A DNA stretch of 64,000 bases from Dicyema japonicum (Eukaryota; Animalia; Dicyemida), in assembly GCA_011109175.1 (NCBI GenBank), contig RDEW01000004.1, positions 1,016,030 through 1,080,029 of the forward strand. Direction: 5' to 3'. The notes under the pieces were generated by a model. The model was not told the DNA's origin, ran no database searches, and was given only the letters and a program-made list of their open reading frames with translations. Both the position numbers and the translations under genes were made by a program. Of this stretch, positions 48,401 to 61,332 are shown piece by piece. Each line of letters begins with the position of its first letter. Position 1 is the stretch's first letter.

Positions 48401-48744
48401 CACGGCGAAAATTGGAAAACGTGCTTAAGATTAAAAATGAGAATTATTAGCTTTAATGTGATTATTACCAGTAACATATATTTATCATGCTCACAAGAAA
48501 ACAAGAGATTTTGACCACCATGAGGCAAAGGATTTTTGCAATAGGGTACGTTACCACCTCAACTTTACAACCAATTAACCTGGTTTCTTTTTTAACTCAA
48601 TTTTCTGAGTCAAGCTAGAGGAGATCTGGATTTATTTCTATTTTTTCATTCCTAAATCTCCAGAGTCTGCAGAAATCTTTCAAAATAACTGCTAGAGTTC
48701 TCAAACCAATATCCCCGTGTTCCTCAAGGTTTTAAACTGTATTC

Positions 48745-49085
48745 ACTCGCTTGTAAGAGAAGTGCTGGTAGAGCTCCTAGGTATAAAGCCTTAAGCGAAG
48801 TCATTAGACTGGCTTTGGACGTGAATGATTTCTCCTATGTACTCGAACCTGTCTGTATGTGTAAACGGCGAATATACGTTGATCTCCTCGGTGATGTGAC
48901 GTTCACTTATCACGCTGTGGAGATCACTGGAGCCTGGGACATTCGTCTTAAGCTTTTTTCGTAAGACTCGAATACCTACAATTCATCCCGCTCAATGGAC
49001 CACCGTCAATCCTGTTGGCTATTTCCCTAGCAGAAGAGAAAGGGAATAGCCATGATGTCGAAAGGGTCGCGGCTTTGTACTCCAA
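48745..49085 (+). mobile_element. old degenerate CRE-like RLE fragment
   Basis: AGRAPRYKALSEVIRLAL..VLEPV. Confidence 0.55.
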
Positions 49086-49113
49086 CAATACCATTTTTTA
49101 ATTTGTTTTTATT

Positions 49114-49732
49114 TTTTTTATTAACAAAATTTTTTTTAACAATTAAACAAATGTCAGTTGAGGAAGCCTGCTGCGTGGATTGCGAACGAGTTCCCTCGGA
49201 GTATGGCTATTCCGATCTTTTGTCTTAGCCATAACCCTTCTCGTTGATCCCTTTTCTTTCTGGCAAGCAATCCTCCGAGTTCTTGCAAGAATTCAGCCGT
49301 CATTGGACCAACGGCTCCCGATGATTCGGTCGCAACAGGAGTAAATCGGTAGCGATCCCGAGGCAAGAATATTTCTTGATTTTTAGGTTTTCCGCGGTCA
49401 AAGCAGCTGCTCCCGGTGTCTGAACAGATTTAAAAATGTTCGTTCTTGAGAACGTGTCTATGCAAGTTGCGTCCCAGACCAAAGATCTTCCAGACGTGAA
49501 GGAGAAAAGGGTCATCCCGTCAGGTCTCTTCCCATCTCCTCGATCAAGACCCACTGGTTCAAGCTGTGCTGGGAAGCCTGAAGCTTCAGAGCTCTGACGA
49601 TCACATCATTCAGAGCGGCATGACGTGGTCCCCTTCCGGCGCTTCTTCTGCAGGACAGCGGGTGCAATCCTTTCGCATCGACTGTTTTCCCGCATCGGCA
49701 TCGTGGCTCCTGGCAAACGTCTAGTCCCAGCC
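49114..49732 (-). mobile_element. 5'-truncated CRE-like copy with 12-bp TSD
   Basis: [38 protein letters not shown]; TTTGTTTTTATT at 49102-49113 and 49733-49744. Confidence 0.9.
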
Positions 49733-49832
49733 TTTGTTTTTATTAAATTTTTTTTATTTTTTCGTAAAATTACAAAATAAATAATTTTAATTTATAATAA
49801 AATATTTTTTTTTTAACAAAAATTTTTTTAAC

Positions 49833-49930
49833 AGCTAAGACAAAAGATCGGAATAGCCATACTCCGAGGGAACTCGTTCGCAATCCACGCAGCAGGCTTC
49901 CTCAACTGACATTTGTTTAATTGTTAAAAA
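49833..49930 (+). mobile_element. 97-bp CRE 3' end, inverted relative to 49134-49229
   Basis: Perfect reverse complement. Confidence 0.85.
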
Positions 49931-51361
49931 AAAATAAAATAACTTTCCAATTTAATATTATACCAATTTCCTTTCTATTTTGTTCAATTGGTTCATATGA
50001 TGTAAATTGTGAGATTTGGAGCCATTTTATCACCCTGAGGAATAAAAAAATATTGTAATTTTGTTTTTAAGAAACTTATATAGATGTTATGCTCATATAG
50101 GATATCTCTACAGATTGTATATTTGTTTTACTAAGAGTATTTAATTCTCAGACGACAATACGTAACTTTCTTGTCAAACCAAATAGTTTTTACATGCGGT
50201 AGTTAGGGGTAAAAATACTGCTAGAGTCTACATTTGCAGTGAGATTACTAAATTGTATAATCAGTCTTGATTACTATTTTTTACCACATCATTTCAATTT
50301 TAACTGACTTGTCGCAACCACGAAAACCACCTCCTCTCATACACCGACGCTTTAGATTATTGAGACAAGAAATACTGAATACTCAAATGATTTTCCCAAT
50401 TTGGAAACGGAATTTTTCCGGCATATTTCTTCGCAACCCAATTTACTATATGCAAGAAATACTCGTTCATTTAGGGGACTCATATTTTACCAAAATTTCA
50501 GAGACATGTAAAAAACCGGGCGATAGCTGAACAGTTCTAAAGATCATCTTAATAAATCTCATAAGCAATACTGAGTACCCTCTACAAGTAGAAGTCAGAT
50601 GAGCTTATAAAGATGTCATAGAAGTCACACATATTAATATTGTTGTCTTGATAGTAAGACATTACAGTCCATTTCTAGTTGTCTGTGATTTTCTGTTTAA
50701 TTCACCCAAAGTCCCTTCACTTAAGGGAACTGGTGGTTTAATAAAGCGACTGTCGAGACGGGATAAAACAGGTGATGAGTATTTTATAAATATTGGCAGT
50801 TATTTACCGATCGACCATATTTTATGGTCATTTTTTCTTATCGGGAAGCGACTGTGGTTTTGCTGACAGCCTTTGGAATGGCCATTATCTCTGTTGTCTT
50901 AGGAATTTCCAATTTAGCTCTAACTAATACAATTCACTGACTGGAAGATCCTTATCTGAAAACATAATGAAAAAAACTAGAAAATCTCGATTAGTTAGTA
51001 AACTTTGTGATAGACAAGCAAAGGGAGTGGACGTATTCATCTCTAAATACCACTATACGGCATTCAAACTCAAGAGACTTCAGTTCTCAGTCTCGGAAGT
51101 TCTCAGTCACTTTTTTTATAAATAAATTAAAGTGATGGATCCTAATTTAGGGTAGTCTATGTAGGTTCAGTCTCTATAGGAGAGACGGACAAGACAGAGA
51201 TGTAATTCAATGATTAGAAGCAATAGCTGTGAGCATAGAAAACTAGTTATTTATAAAATGCGTTGAAATCGCCGTGACGTTCACGTGACAATTTATTTAT
51301 ATGATCCTAATTCGTTAAAGCTTAATGCTCGTAAAGGTTTCTGGGTTGAACAAAAATGTAG

Positions 51362-51614
51362 GACTCTGTTCACAAGGATATTGAATGGGAATTGGATATT
51401 TGCCCAATTTGCCATGGGGAATTTGTCAATCCAGTGAGAGTAAAATTGACAATAATGGCCCTTCTGGTAACAATTAGATATTAATTTATAGAGAATGAAA
51501 AGACAATGCAATCATGTCTACTGTGAAGAGTGCATCAAACGATGGATGACCCACAATACTACGTGTCCCATGGATCGCAATACAATCAGAGGATACACAA
51601 AAATTTACCACTAA
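51362..51614 (+). CDS. small C3HC4 RING finger protein (5' exon unresolved)
   Basis: CPICHGEFVNPV / CNHVYCEECIKRWMTHNTTCPMDR. Confidence 0.75.
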
Positions 51615-53103
51615 ACTTTTTATCACATTTATATTTTTAAAATTATACAATTATATTAATAAATAATTTACAATATATTTTACAGCCTCTCTCCTACCAA
51701 GTAACTACAAAATGGTTTGCTTGGTAGTGGGGACTAATTCGATCGATTAGCGGAAAGTCACAAAACTCTAGCACAAGAAACCTCCGCCTTTACACATTTT
51801 ATTGAAATATGATAATTGTAACCACATAAATACTTTGAGAATGTAGGATCACCATAGTAAGCTAGTAGAATTAATGTCTACTTTTTTGTATCCTTTATAA
51901 TTAACAACGTTGGGGTCACTTTTTCTTCAAAATAAATAAAAATTAATTCGGTTATTTGCTCTTATGTCCATTTAATAAGGTAATTACCAACTCAGCTTAA
52001 TCCCCTTTCTCTTTATCTGAATCATTCACCTCTGCATGTCTCTACAAATCAAGTGGACAGAAGCAAATATGAATTCTTAATTCTATGCTCCGCCACTAGT
52101 TAAGATTTTGGTAAATTTACTGCTAGTCTCTTGCACAGTAAGTCGCACGAAAGGACTCCAGTTCGTTATTATTTATTTACAATCTTTCAAGTAAATGTGA
52201 CAAAGAACAGTGAAGCCAAAGACGGAGGCTCCTATAGATCAGAGTAAGTAATTTAATGTTACTGGAAAGAAAAGTGGTCTCATGGTCGTCGAAAAGGAAG
52301 GACAGAGCGACGAAATCGACAAGTATTAACATGAAAAAATAATATTTATGTAATTTTTGTGACCACAATATTTTATAAATTCTATCCTGGTTAAAAAAGT
52401 TTCAGGAAATAATTATTCTCTCTTTTGTGCAAATCTGTAGTAGCAATCAAAGACGATCAAGTCCACTGAGTTATAAAAACCTCTAACAAGGGGTAACCAG
52501 TACGAAGTAAACTGAAAAAGTTTAAAAATTACACTCCAACTATAAAATTGGAATATACTCTAAGGTGGAGGTGCTTATGAAATACCGCAAAACCCCTTAA
52601 TGGAACAAACTTAGTTCAATGACTTTTTGCGGTTTAGCTAATTTGATTGATCAAAATAGTAAATTGTTATTTTTGTTGCTTATTAATTAACATTATAGAA
52701 TTTACACTATCTCTTGTCTTATGCCTCATACCAGATAGTTGAATTATGGCAAAATCCCCTTTTCTTAGTCACTCATAGGGAAGATATCGGGTAAATAATA
52801 ATTCTCTTATTCCTCCTTTTTTTCTGGTTGAGGTGGTGACTACGTCTCTATTGCACTTCCACCTTTTACCCTCTCATCGGCCTGCGACATTATGGTCTCG
52901 GATTTGCAGTCCATTAGGACCTGGTTACTGTGTTACGAGAGTGTGGGAGCATCTGACCGTGTCGCAGTGCTGCAAATCAAATAATATAATGTCGCGAGCG
53001 CTGAGAGTGATCCATCACTGTCAATCATTGTCAAAAATAAAAATAATCTATTACATCAAAGTTACTAAGGCCAATTATTAACACGTGATAATTAACTATT
53101 ATT

Positions 53104-53319
53104 TCAAGTCGTCTTGAATTTTTTTAGTCGTCGTGAATGAACTTTTTTAATAGATTCAGCACTATCTTCGACTTTGACAAAATTATTAGACAATTTCTCG
53201 ACAATAGTTACTGGATACGGATGTTCAAATTTTCTTAATCGAAGAGAAAGATTCGTTCCATAATCTTTTTGAATACGAATCTTTAAGCAATTAAAAATAG
53301 AATACAATATCTCCAACAT
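53104..53319 (-). pseudogene. possible LTR-retrotransposon integrase C-terminal remnant
   Basis: PYPVTIVEKLSNNFVKVED..KKVHSRRLKKF resembles GPY.I.......Y.......VH..RLK.Y. Confidence 0.3.
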
Positions 53320-53882
53320 CTAACTCATATTTTGATCGATGCACTCCCATATCCTATTCATTTTTCCATAATATGAAGACTGCAAATTCACCCTCTCAAA
53401 GTTGAACTTGTACTCATCATCTTTACTAATGAATAACAATGAAAAACCTTTATTATAAATGGTTAACGACTGCATTATAAATCCATTTTTCACTGCGGTC
53501 ATTGAAACTGATGAAAATTGACGAATCTCTTGTTGAACTCAAAGCATCACAGAAGGCACTAATATTATTTAAAAGAAATTTAAGTTGCAGCTATCCATCT
53601 CTAAGCTGTCTTGCACTAGAAAAGTTGATACCATTCCAGACAACATTTATGTGAAAGTGCGCATCTCGCATATTTGAAAACCCGGAATAGGAATCGCCTT
53701 CGGATTGAAGACGATATGCGCGTTGCTTTGAGTGACACAAGACCAAACATTTCAAATCTTATTATAATATGCAGGATCAGAAGTCATATTAATTTTGTAA
53801 TTTAATTATAAACTTCATTGTCACTATTAAAAATTAGTGCTCTCCATAAAAAAATTTTTTGAATTTAGGAGTCTCCGGAGAA

Positions 53883-53902
53883 AAAAAGGTTGGGAACCTC
53901 TG
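53883..53902 (-). mobile_element. solo hAT-Charlie-like TIR
   Basis: CAGAGGTTCCCAACCTTTTT next to GTCTAGGT (similar to the NTCTAGAN target). Confidence 0.45.
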
Positions 53903-53904
53903 GT

Positions 53905-56035
53905 CTAGGTTGTCCCCCGTCTTGAGCTTGTTTAGATTTTGTTTAAGACAATCAGCAGTGTCGTTCTTGGTTGTCCGCGGAAGGGTTTGTTCGGTTTGTT
54001 TACATTTACGCTGAGAAACCATTTCTCAAACTCCGCAGGTGTATTTTCGAGTAGGTCCCGTGATACAAAATTCACATTATTTGTATAGTATGTCTTTTCT
54101 ATGTCTCCTAAATAGCATTTACGGTGATCGCGGAGTGCAGATTCAAGGTTTATAGTGAATAGTAAAGGAGAGAGGAATCACCCTGGGGTGTCCCAATCGT
54201 TGTTTTGAAACTGTGAAAAGTTGCTCCTTCTGTCCTCACAGATAGTCTTGTATTCGCAAGTAGTAGTCTGATTATCCTAACCGACGATTCATCCAATAAT
54301 TGCTCAAGCATATTCATCAGTTTCTGTCTGTTTATTGAGTCAAAATCTCTGGAGAGATATATCCCTAACACGGTCGTTGCTCTTGAATCTTGATGAGTTG
54401 CACAGCGCCATCTATGGCTCCATACAATGTCCGCTGTAGACCTCCCTTCTCAGAAACCACTTTGACTTGCTGGTAGATATCGCCACACCCTTTATCCACT
54501 TGATGTCAGGATCTTGCGTATCGAGTTCAGAAGTATGATCGGCAAAGATTTTCTACTGGTCCTTCTGCTTTGTTCGGTTTTTGTATTAATAAACCATTTC
54601 CAAGTCCTAGATGGTTTAAAAGAAGTCATTTAGGGTTTTGCAATTGTTTCACTTTTTTAAATAAAACAAATTTATTTTTGTCAAAACATAAGTTAGTTAG
54701 CTGCCGCCCTCACTGCGTGGCAGTTCCCTCTCAGAATTGCGAGCGAAATTCGCTCAAATAGCCAGCGGTGTTCACGGAGATCTCTAGTGCATGAAGTGAT
54801 CCGGTTTCCAAACGTCCGAAAAACTCGACTGTAGAAGGGGAGTAGGATTCAGAAGTCTCCATAGCGAGGGGAACAAATTTGACATTATCGGGAAGGTCGA
54901 CGTATTTTTCCAGTTTGGCCTTTTCTGCCTTGACGGCTGCAGAGCAGGCCCATGAAACGCACTCGTGAAGATTGTTCAGGGCGAACGTGTCTGTACATGT
55001 CACGTCCCAAACAAATGGTTTCACGGCCTCAAAGGGAAATATGGAAATCCCGTCCGGTCGTTTCCCGCCACTTCTGCATAACCCGACCGGTTCAAGAATG
55101 GCCAAGTATCCAGCAGTATCCATAGACCGCTTGACAATCTCATTCAGAGCCTTGTGCTTTGGAGATCTGCCAGCCCTCCTCTTGCAGTCAAAAGGGTGCA
55201 GGCCATAGCAGTCTATCAGGATGCCACATCGACACGAGTGAAATACACATACTTGTTTCACTAAGTTTTTTTGACCCATATTTATGTTGTCTGGCCCAAC
55301 ACTCTTGTTATTTTTCAGTTTTTTATAGCTGATTCAACTTCTTCCGCTGTGATGGCATTAATGCCCTCAGTTCTCACTGGAAAGGAGGAAATTCCTTATT
55401 GTCTGTATTTGGCAACTTTTCAAAATGACATGCATTAATTCGGCTTTTTCTTCTGGGTTACCCACGAATTTTCATTTGTTGTCTTTGATTGTAATAATTT
55501 CCCGTGAATATTGTCTGTTAATCTTTTTGATTTTCCATTTTAGTTCCCTTTGTTGGATTTTAAGCTCTTTTTTATACTCTTGTCTGACATGACTCCTTAC
55601 CTCCTTCAATGCTTTGTCATGTGATCCAATTTTAGGGCGTGATGGTTTCGAACTCCAAGGCATATATCAGCAGACTTGTTGATTATCTGCATTGTTTGAT
55701 CCCACAGAGTTCGTATTCCGGTACGGTTTTCTCTATGAGTCCCGATTTGTTCGTGATATTTAGCACTACACGTGGGCTCTAAACACATTTTTTCTGTCTG
55801 AAAGTATATATTTGGCCTTTACCACGTCTTCTTCGAGTTTTCAATATATTTTTTATCAGTCAAGTGTTTTTTACAGATAGTTCTGCAATAACGATCCTAT
55901 GGTCACTGTCAGTTGTTGTATTTCTCAAGATCGTCACAAAGTACTTTCCTTGTTTAATCTTTCGATTTTCCACTTACGTTAAATGTTATTAGCCTCACAA
56001 GTTCTCGATTGTATAATCAGTGTTTTTTAGACATG
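53905..56035 (-). mobile_element. second copy of the RTE::CRE composite, with two internal deletions
   Basis: About 54090-55915 nearly identical to about 25470-27295; 55920-56035 matches 27925-28033. Confidence 0.9.
54654..55252 (-). mobile_element. nested CRE fragment (same site and TSD as 26023-26620)
   Basis: TTGTTTCACT at 54644-54653 and 55253-55262; ORF 54731-55279. Confidence 0.9.
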
Positions 56036-56089
56036 TTTAACAAAACCACATCTCCAGCTCAACCTTTATGCCAAAAGTATAAAAAAATC

Positions 56090-56560
56090 TATTGAACTAC
56101 TTGGCATTAATATGTCCCGTGCATTCAATTCGGTACACCGGGGAAAACTTTAGGAAGTTCTGAAGAGTCTCTTCACCTTTACGACGCTAAAATCCTACTC
56201 CAGAACACTCATCTTTCTGTCAAAATTAGCAAATGTACCTCCAACTATTTTCCAACTTCACGTGGAGTTCCACAGATGGACTCGCTATCCCCGGTCCTTT
56301 TAATTCTTTACCTTGAAGTTGTATTAAGAAAGTTCATGGCCCTGATTGGAAACAACTATGACGAGATTATTTATGCGGACGAGCTGGATTTTGTTTCTGA
56401 GGATACTCAAACACTTCAGCACATACTCATCGTACTCCCACACATATTTTCGAAATAATTCTTATTCGTAAATCCCGACGAAACGGAGTTAAAAACGCTT
56501 ACACGTGATCGGAGATCGGACGAGTCTTGGAGAAGGCAAAAGAAGTTGGCTGTTTAAAAC
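56090..56560 (+). mobile_element. RTE-like RT fragment
   Basis: AFNSVHR, GVP.MDSLSPVL, YADELDF. Confidence 0.7.
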
Positions 56561-56644
56561 TTTCTAATAAAAATGACATTTAACGTAAAAATATTATGTA
56601 AATAAAAAGTTATAGAGATAAAAAAAGTCAAAAATTTGTAAAAT

Positions 56645-56760
56645 TTTTCGCCACGTGGTACTACGTGGCTAGTTGATCGAACTTTTATGTTTGTTTTGTC
56701 TATTCCTCCTCCCATTGTTACTAGAGTGGCATCATGTGATCCACCTGTCTAGGTGGCTTA
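56645..56760 (+). repeat. truncated copy of the short ribozyme-like family
   Basis: CCACGTGGTACTACGTGGCTAG...TAGAGTGGCATCATGTGATCCACCTGTCTAGGTGGC. Confidence 0.7.
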
Positions 56761-56799
56761 GAAAAGTTTTGGATGTATTTTCCGACATTTGTTATTGAT

Positions 56800-58150
56800 A
56801 AACAGGGACCCCAATCAGGAAAAGAATAGTTCATAGTTGTTCTGATAAATTGTTTGTAAATAGTGATCAAGCTCTCTTTGTTCTAACCAAATGACGTACC
56901 CGCCACGGCCCGGAGTACGTTGAGCTTATTCTCCCGTAGTCCTTTAAGTTTTTCCCCTTTCTGAAACGCCTTTTAGTTTTTTCGAGATTCCAGCCAAGGA
57001 CCTTGTCGTCCATGGAATCGGGGATTGTCGAATGAAATGTCCTACTTTGTCACGTTATCCTTAATACATGTTCAAATTACTATACCGAGGATCCTTGGTA
57101 TCAATCGAGATTGGCTAGCAGCTTATCTTCTCAGTCACAGTTCTAATGTTTGTTAGTAATAATCTATTAATGAGACAAGTTAAACGACTAATTAAATGTA
57201 TACAGTTCACACCCTCCACGTAGTTTTTCAATATCACACTAGTCCATCAACAATTAATTGAAGGGAGAAAGTTCTTGCAGTGTGCTCCTCTAGTGGAGTG
57301 GGAAGAGAAAATGATTATTTTCGTACAAACCAGACACTGGGGGCCACTTAAGAAAAATGGATCACGATGTAACTCTAGATGAAAGGGAAGGCAGTGAATT
57401 TAGTTATTTAGCCTGACTTAACTAACTTTTAGGATGCCACAAGTCTCTGATAGTCAGTGGAGGGCCTGAATGGATAAATCCTAACAAATAATCATCAATC
57501 GGTGGTCCAGAAAAGGTAGTCAAAAGTCCGATTTGTCTGAAGAAAAAGTGCTCTGAACGGAGTTGAGTTAAAATCCTCCTTGTCTCTCCGTCGAGCTAAA
57601 GCCTTCGGATAGCCTTTTTTGATATGTGATCATAATTTTTGTCTTGGATTTTTCGTGAGGTGGGTATGGGACTAATTGCCGATACGACTAAAATGACCTT
57701 TCTGATATTTTTGAAAAAGTCAGAGTTGCGAGAGTGACCTAGTTTCATTAAAAAATTTAGATTCTTCATGCATAGATGGTTCTCAAGTTGGGGAATGATG
57801 GATTCCCAGTGGAAATGGTCATGGATGCGCATGCTGTATTCGACTGCAATAGATGCCCCAAAGGGGCTTGCATAGTTCAAGGTGGTCCTGTTGAATCGTT
57901 TATAGATTACTTTCGGAGTTTCATTGTCTTGGCCGAAATTAGCTTCAGTCACAGCGCAGAGAACGTTCTATTTCCTTTGCATTTTCGACCACGTGGTCTA
58001 CATGGAAAAAAATGTCAGGCAAAGATTTTCGGGGTTTGAGACTGGAAGAACTTTACTGATAAATTTAAAACACCAGGTTTAATATTCAGTTGAGGCGGGT
58101 CGGAGGTGAAAATCGTGAAATTGGGTATGGAAAAGGAATGAGTGAAATGG
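56800..58150 (-). mobile_element. divergent Vingi-like C-terminal fragments (about 56800-57050 and 57450-58150)
   Basis: KLNVLRAVAGTSFG; ANFGQDNETPKVIYKRFNRTTLNYASP. Confidence 0.65.
57285..57400 (-). repeat. degenerate copy of the short ribozyme-like family
   Basis: Reverse complement CTTCCCTTTCATCTAGAG..GTGATCC..GTACGAAAATAATCATTTTCTC..ACTCCACT. Confidence 0.6.
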
Positions 58151-58379
58151 ATAGCTAATAACCATGACTCCAGGGAGTTCAAGTGTTTTTAAATTAAATT
58201 TATTAAACCAGAAAACCACCGTCATAACTAAAACAAAAAAAATTCAGGTGATTTCGGCCTCCCTCAGCAGTCGTCGAATTTTTAGAGGAAGCCGAGGAAA
58301 CTGTCTCCCCGGCGGCACGCATAATCATCCTCATCTACCTAAAAGGAATTTTTAGCCCACCACAAGAAACTGACCACGG

Positions 58380-60935
58380 TTCTTCAACTAAATGTAAATG
58401 GAGTAAGGGCAAAATATTGGAGCTGAAGATCGACGTGGCTCACAATCAGAGACGAAACTCCCTATAAACAGTCCTACCCCGGTGTTCCCTGGATACAAGT
58501 CAACACGGACTGACCGGAAGAGGAAGCGGGGTGGTGGCCTACTCATTTTATATCGGAAAGACCTTAAATGTGTGGACATCACTTCAGTGGTGAAGAATAT
58601 CTTAGGAGACGACTACTGAAGTCAATGCAGTCTCACTTGGAACAACAAATGGAAAAATTACTTTGTGAACGTCTATGTTCCTCCACTTGGTTCTTGCCCG
58701 AAGTACTACACTATGCTCAATTTATCTACTTTGACTTCCTTGAACGACGTGATTATTGGGGAGATATCAACGCCAAACACCCTCTATGGCTGGAAAGTCA
58801 ACCGTCCGACTCAAGAGGAAAAGTACTACTTTCGCAGACAGGACCTTTCACGATCATGAATGACCCGTCTAAACATTCGAGAACCCCCTTCAGGGAGTCA
58901 GAGCAACTAACTTCTCCAGACATTGTTCTCCCAGCCTGGCGGCAATATCGACTTGGTCAGTCACTTACAACTCAAGAAGTGACCATAATGCAATTTTTTT
59001 AAATATCAAGAGAGAAACATCAACTAGAAGGAGGTCCCCAAAACAATTCAACTACAAACACGCAGACTGGAGACTTTATTGTACACATACTGACAACCTA
59101 CTGCAGTACTCGGATGGCATTACTTCCATGGACAAAGTAGTCGCTTATGAAACTGCACTATCTTGGATGCGAGATCACTATCTGTACTTAAACACACCTT
59201 AACTACACCAGGGGATATGGCAGGTCGGCATTAACTAAGGAAAGAAACGAACTCAAAAAGTCTGGCCGATTAACTACTGAGGATAATTTTAAACTGAAGG
59301 CTTTGAACAATAAACTAAAAAACAGGGAAGTAAAAGCACAAATATCAAGATGGAGCATTTGTTCTCCTCGTTGAATAGAAATAGACCCACTACTGATATT
59401 TGGAAGACCATCCGAGACTCCTCAAGAGAAGATGAAAGATCGTCCGAGGTGGACAACAGCCAAAAGGACTTAAACAACCTAATAAAATACTATGTGAAAA
59501 TATCCCATAAAGACATAAGAAGTCGGATGTAGCCCCGAAATATCTAGTAAACCGAAAAAGGAACCGGATAAATTCACTTCACTGAAAACGACGTGAGTAT
59601 GCATTAAAGCCATTAAAACAACCTATTCTAACGGACCAAATAAGATCCCAATATCCTCCTAAAGAATCTGGGAGACTATGGAATCGCTGCATTAACGAGG
59701 AAATTCAATCATCTATTAACAAAAATTAAATTCCAGCCTTATGGAAGCTTGCCCACCTACGTCCAATTTTGAATCCCGGTTAAGTGAAGAAGGACCCATC
59801 TTCATACAGACCGGTCGCGTTATTGTGTTCAATGTCGAAAATTCTGGAAAGGCTGGTTCTTGCGAAAATCAAAAATTTCCCCCGGAATTGTCATTTCAAC
59901 ATGGTTTTAAAAAGGAGAGGTCTATTTCGACCCACTTATCTGCATTGCTAACTTTATACGATATGGTTTTCGCACAGGCGGGACACATGAAGACTGCACT
60001 TTGCTCCATAGACGTCACAAAGCTTTCGACTCTGTGTCAAGGAGGATTCTTACTTGGAAAACTCTGGCTAGCTAACTTCCTTAGTGGTCGGAGGGACACG
60101 TCTGCATTGGCCAGTCTATTTCACGGCTTCTTCCTAATGGGGTTCCCAAGGATCCTTTTTGTCTCCAGTTTTATTTAACCTATTCATGGCGGACCTCCCC
60201 ACTCCAGACTCCGAAAATGATATTATTCTAACTTATGCCGACAACATCGTCATTGTTTCACGCGATCAGGACATCCAAATTAGCACTTCGAAATTGCAAG
60301 AAAATCTGGACCGTCTTGACAAATGGCTATCGAAGAATCGCCTAACTGCCAGCAGTGAAAAGTCCGTCACAACCCTATTTACTTCAGACAAGAGACTGGG
60401 AAGACGGACGGTCGAACTGAAAGCAATGAAGGTATTCCTTTCAGAAAATCCAAAAGGATCCTTGGGGTAACTTTTGAAATGCATATGTCATTTTCCCCCA
60501 TGTTGAAAAAGTAATTACGAATTGCGAAAAAAAACTAATGTTCTGAAATGCCTCACAGGCTTATGGAAGATCGAAAAGCATTTGTTTTGAGCTCTATATA
60601 AAAAATTCATTGAACCATGCATTGTGGTATACGGGCCCATTCATCTCTTGGACGAATGTCTTGAAGATCGAGGCTAGCCGGAAAAGAGCTTCCAAAATCA
60701 CAGAACACTGGATTTCTGGAGAGTTCCAGCCACCATTGCCACTTAAAGCTTTGATACGAATGAACCATAAAACGCGCTGTCGTGACTGGGAAGATCCAGT
60801 CATTCGACCGATGCGTGCTTGTGTTGGGTCGAGGGAGAAGCATCGGGCCAAAATGAGATCCCTGCTAGAGCGTGCTGGGATCACGTAATTAGTTAGTTTG
60901 TGTAACCGTGGTCTCTGGTGTTATATTATTAATAA
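58380..60935 (+). mobile_element. Vingi-like LINE, near full length (APE, RT, 3' end)
   Basis: QLNVNG, NVYVPP, GDINAKHPLW, SPDIVL, FQHGFK, TYADNI, LKCLTGLW; ends LLERAGIT*. Confidence 0.88.
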
Positions 60936-61006
60936 ATTTATTTATTGATTATTTATTTTTAAATATATTTTTACTTGTTGGGCTTATTTTCTGTGGAAAT
61001 TTTTAA

Positions 61007-61332
61007 ATGAAGCTAGTTTTTGGTCCAAAACTTAAAGAAATCAGGTTCTTACTGTGCCAAGTGTCAGAGTCTAGTTCTCCTATAAGGTATTTGGTAAATA
61101 GAATATATAGGAAATTTATTCAAGACAATTATACTACTTTGAAAAAATATAATCAAAATTTACCCTTTTTAGTGCGAGAAGCGGTAGGGACAGAACCACG
61201 CATTTACGCCAGATATAGTAAATCAAGTTGTTTAGGTTAGGTAAAGGTGAAGAGAGATTCTTCAACGTTTCTCAAGTTCAGCAGACTGACATTCATTCTA
61301 TATTAAGGTCCATCGAATCTAACAGTCATTAA
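61007..61332 (+). CDS. NDUFA2: NADH dehydrogenase 1 alpha subcomplex subunit 2 (B8), 3 exons
   Basis: LKEIRFLLCQVSESS..RKFIQDNYTTLKKYNQNLPFLVREAVGTEPRIYARY; introns 61087-61110 and 61218-61240. Confidence 0.92.

Noticed and set aside
49134-49930. DNA transposon with 97-bp TIRs
   Set aside because: The arms encode the CRE C-terminus with poly-A/T tails, and the left copy has its own 12-bp TSD, so these are retro-insertions
58245-58335. HDV-like ribozyme upstream of the 58.4 kb Vingi
   Set aside because: The helices found are simply nested, not pseudoknotted in HDV order
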